Below, one piece after another: positions 62,792-64,000 of a DNA stretch of 64,000 nt. The stretch's first letter is position 1, and each line of letters starts with the position of its first letter. A model generated the notes under the pieces. The model was not told the origin of the DNA, did no database searches, and saw only the letters and a list, made by a program, of their open reading frames with translations. Position numbers and translations under genes: made by a program. Origin of the DNA: a virus (lineage: Duplodnaviria; Caudoviricetes); the IMG/VR virus record IMGVR_UViG_3300036821_000136, positions 44,247-108,246 of that record; one strand, given 5' to 3'.

Positions 62792-64000
62792 TAAGCGGGG
62801 CGCGGGCGCCGGCTCGGCGGCGGCCCACTGCCCGTGCGGGGCGCGGGCGGCCCACCGGCCGCGGGGCGCTCCCGCTGCCCACCGGCCGCGCGGCGGCCCG
62901 GCGGCGGGCTGGTCCTGGCCGGGCGGCGCGGCGGCGGCCGCGGTCCGGGCGGGCCCGGCGGCGGGAGCCTCCGCGTGCGGCGCCGCGGCGGCCCAGCGCA
63001 GGTGCGGCGGCCGCGCGGCGGGCGCCTGCGCGTGCGGCTGCCCCGCCGCCCAGCGGGCGTGCGGCGCGCCGGCGGCGGGCTGCCCGGCGGGGTGCGGCGG
63101 GCCGGCGGCCCAGCGGGCGTGCGGCGCGCCGGCGGTGATCCCGGTCAGCTGCCCGGCGGCCAGGATGTGGACCTGCGGCGGCGGCGCGGTCGCCTCGGCG
63201 GCGGCCGGGGCCGGGCGGGCGGCGAGCGCCGGGTGCGGCGGCGCGGCGGACCCGGCGGCGGCGGCCAGGCCGGGGGTGACGGCCTTGACGGGGCTGGCGG
63301 ACGGGGCCGGCGCGGACCCTGATGCGGTCGCGGGCCCGGGCGTGGCGGTGATCGCCGGGGCGGGTGCCGGCGCTGACGCGGCGGCGGCCGCGGCGGGCGG
63401 GGTGCGGGCGGGCAGCGGCCCGGGCGCTGACCCGGCAGCCGTCGCGAGCCCGGCTGCCGGCGACGCGCCGGCCGTGGCCGCCGGTGCCGTGCCGGCCGCC
63501 GCTGCCAGGCCGGGGTCGGCGGTCCCGGCCGTGACCGTGACCACTGCCGGGGCCGGCGCGGCGGCGGTGGCCTGGGCGGGCCCGGCCGCCAGCGTTATCG
63601 CGGCGGCCAGGCCGCCGGCCGAAGCGGCTGCCTCCGCCGCCCCGGCGGAGGCGGAGACAGCCAGTCCTGGTGGCTGGGCGCTCGCGGTGGCGGCAGCGGT
63701 CCCGGCCGTGGCGGTGACGGTGGTCTGGGGCGCGGCTGCCAGCCCGGCCGCCGGCGCGGTGGCGGGCCGGGCGGTGACGGCGGTCTGCCCGGTGGGCTGC
63801 GGCGCCGATCCGGTCGCGGTCGCGGCGCCGGCGCCGGCGGTGACCGCCGCGGCGGCCGACACCACCGGGGCGGGCGCCGCCGCGGACCCGGCAGCCGCGG
63901 CGGCGGTCACGGTGAGCTGGGCTGCCGCCGCGCCGGCCAGGCCGGTAGCCGGCGGGGCGGGCGCGTGGGCGGCCAGGGCGGGCACCGGGCCGGGCGCTGA
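62792..64000 (-). CDS. Ala/Pro/Thr-rich repeat protein (5'-truncated), apparent end at TTA 62792-62794
   Basis: Low-complexity repeats; A.PH.RW.AG units at the C-terminus. Confidence 0.6.

Larger units (their letters stand above)
1..64000. mobile_element. Actinomycete siphovirus-like phage/prophage (partial), possibly a phage-plasmid
   Basis: Head-tail-lysis gene set on the minus strand; arm of small early-type genes with shared promoter/RBS motifs; no host core genes; no ends or att sites identified in the window. Confidence 0.92.

Noticed and set aside
1-64000. tRNA, tmRNA or rRNA genes
   Set aside because: No cloverleaf with convincing D and T arms found by eye; tRNAscan-SE or ARAGORN would be needed to exclude them

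Overview
The whole window looks like part of one tailed (siphovirus-like) phage or prophage of a very GC-rich actinomycete; I see no host housekeeping genes. Left part (1-22 kb): about 50 small, mostly unknown genes driven by at least nine near-identical AT-rich promoter cassettes and a shared extended RBS (CTGAAGGAGAGA). Recognisable products there include an ATP-dependent DNA ligase, a GIY-YIG-like nuclease, a cold-shock-domain protein and a coupled cytochrome P450 / MFS transporter / TraB-Tiki-like hydrolase operon. Middle part (22-31.6 kb): an actinomycete plasmid/AICE-type transfer module (GntR/KorSA-like regulator, DUF2637/SpdA-like membrane protein, split VirD4-like coupling ATPase, FtsK/Tra-like translocase), then a short tyrosine recombinase overlapping a dif/loxP-like site. 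Right part (32.9-64 kb, minus strand): terminase, portal-MuF fusion, protease/scaffold, three decoration paralogs, capsid, tail, tape measure and lysis genes. The most striking observation is that every in-frame TTA codon I could find sits exactly where one of four genes appears to end, and those genes have no normal stop at that point. This suggests UUA acts as a (possibly conditional) termination or read-through switch. All protein family calls come from manual motif recognition, not database searches.
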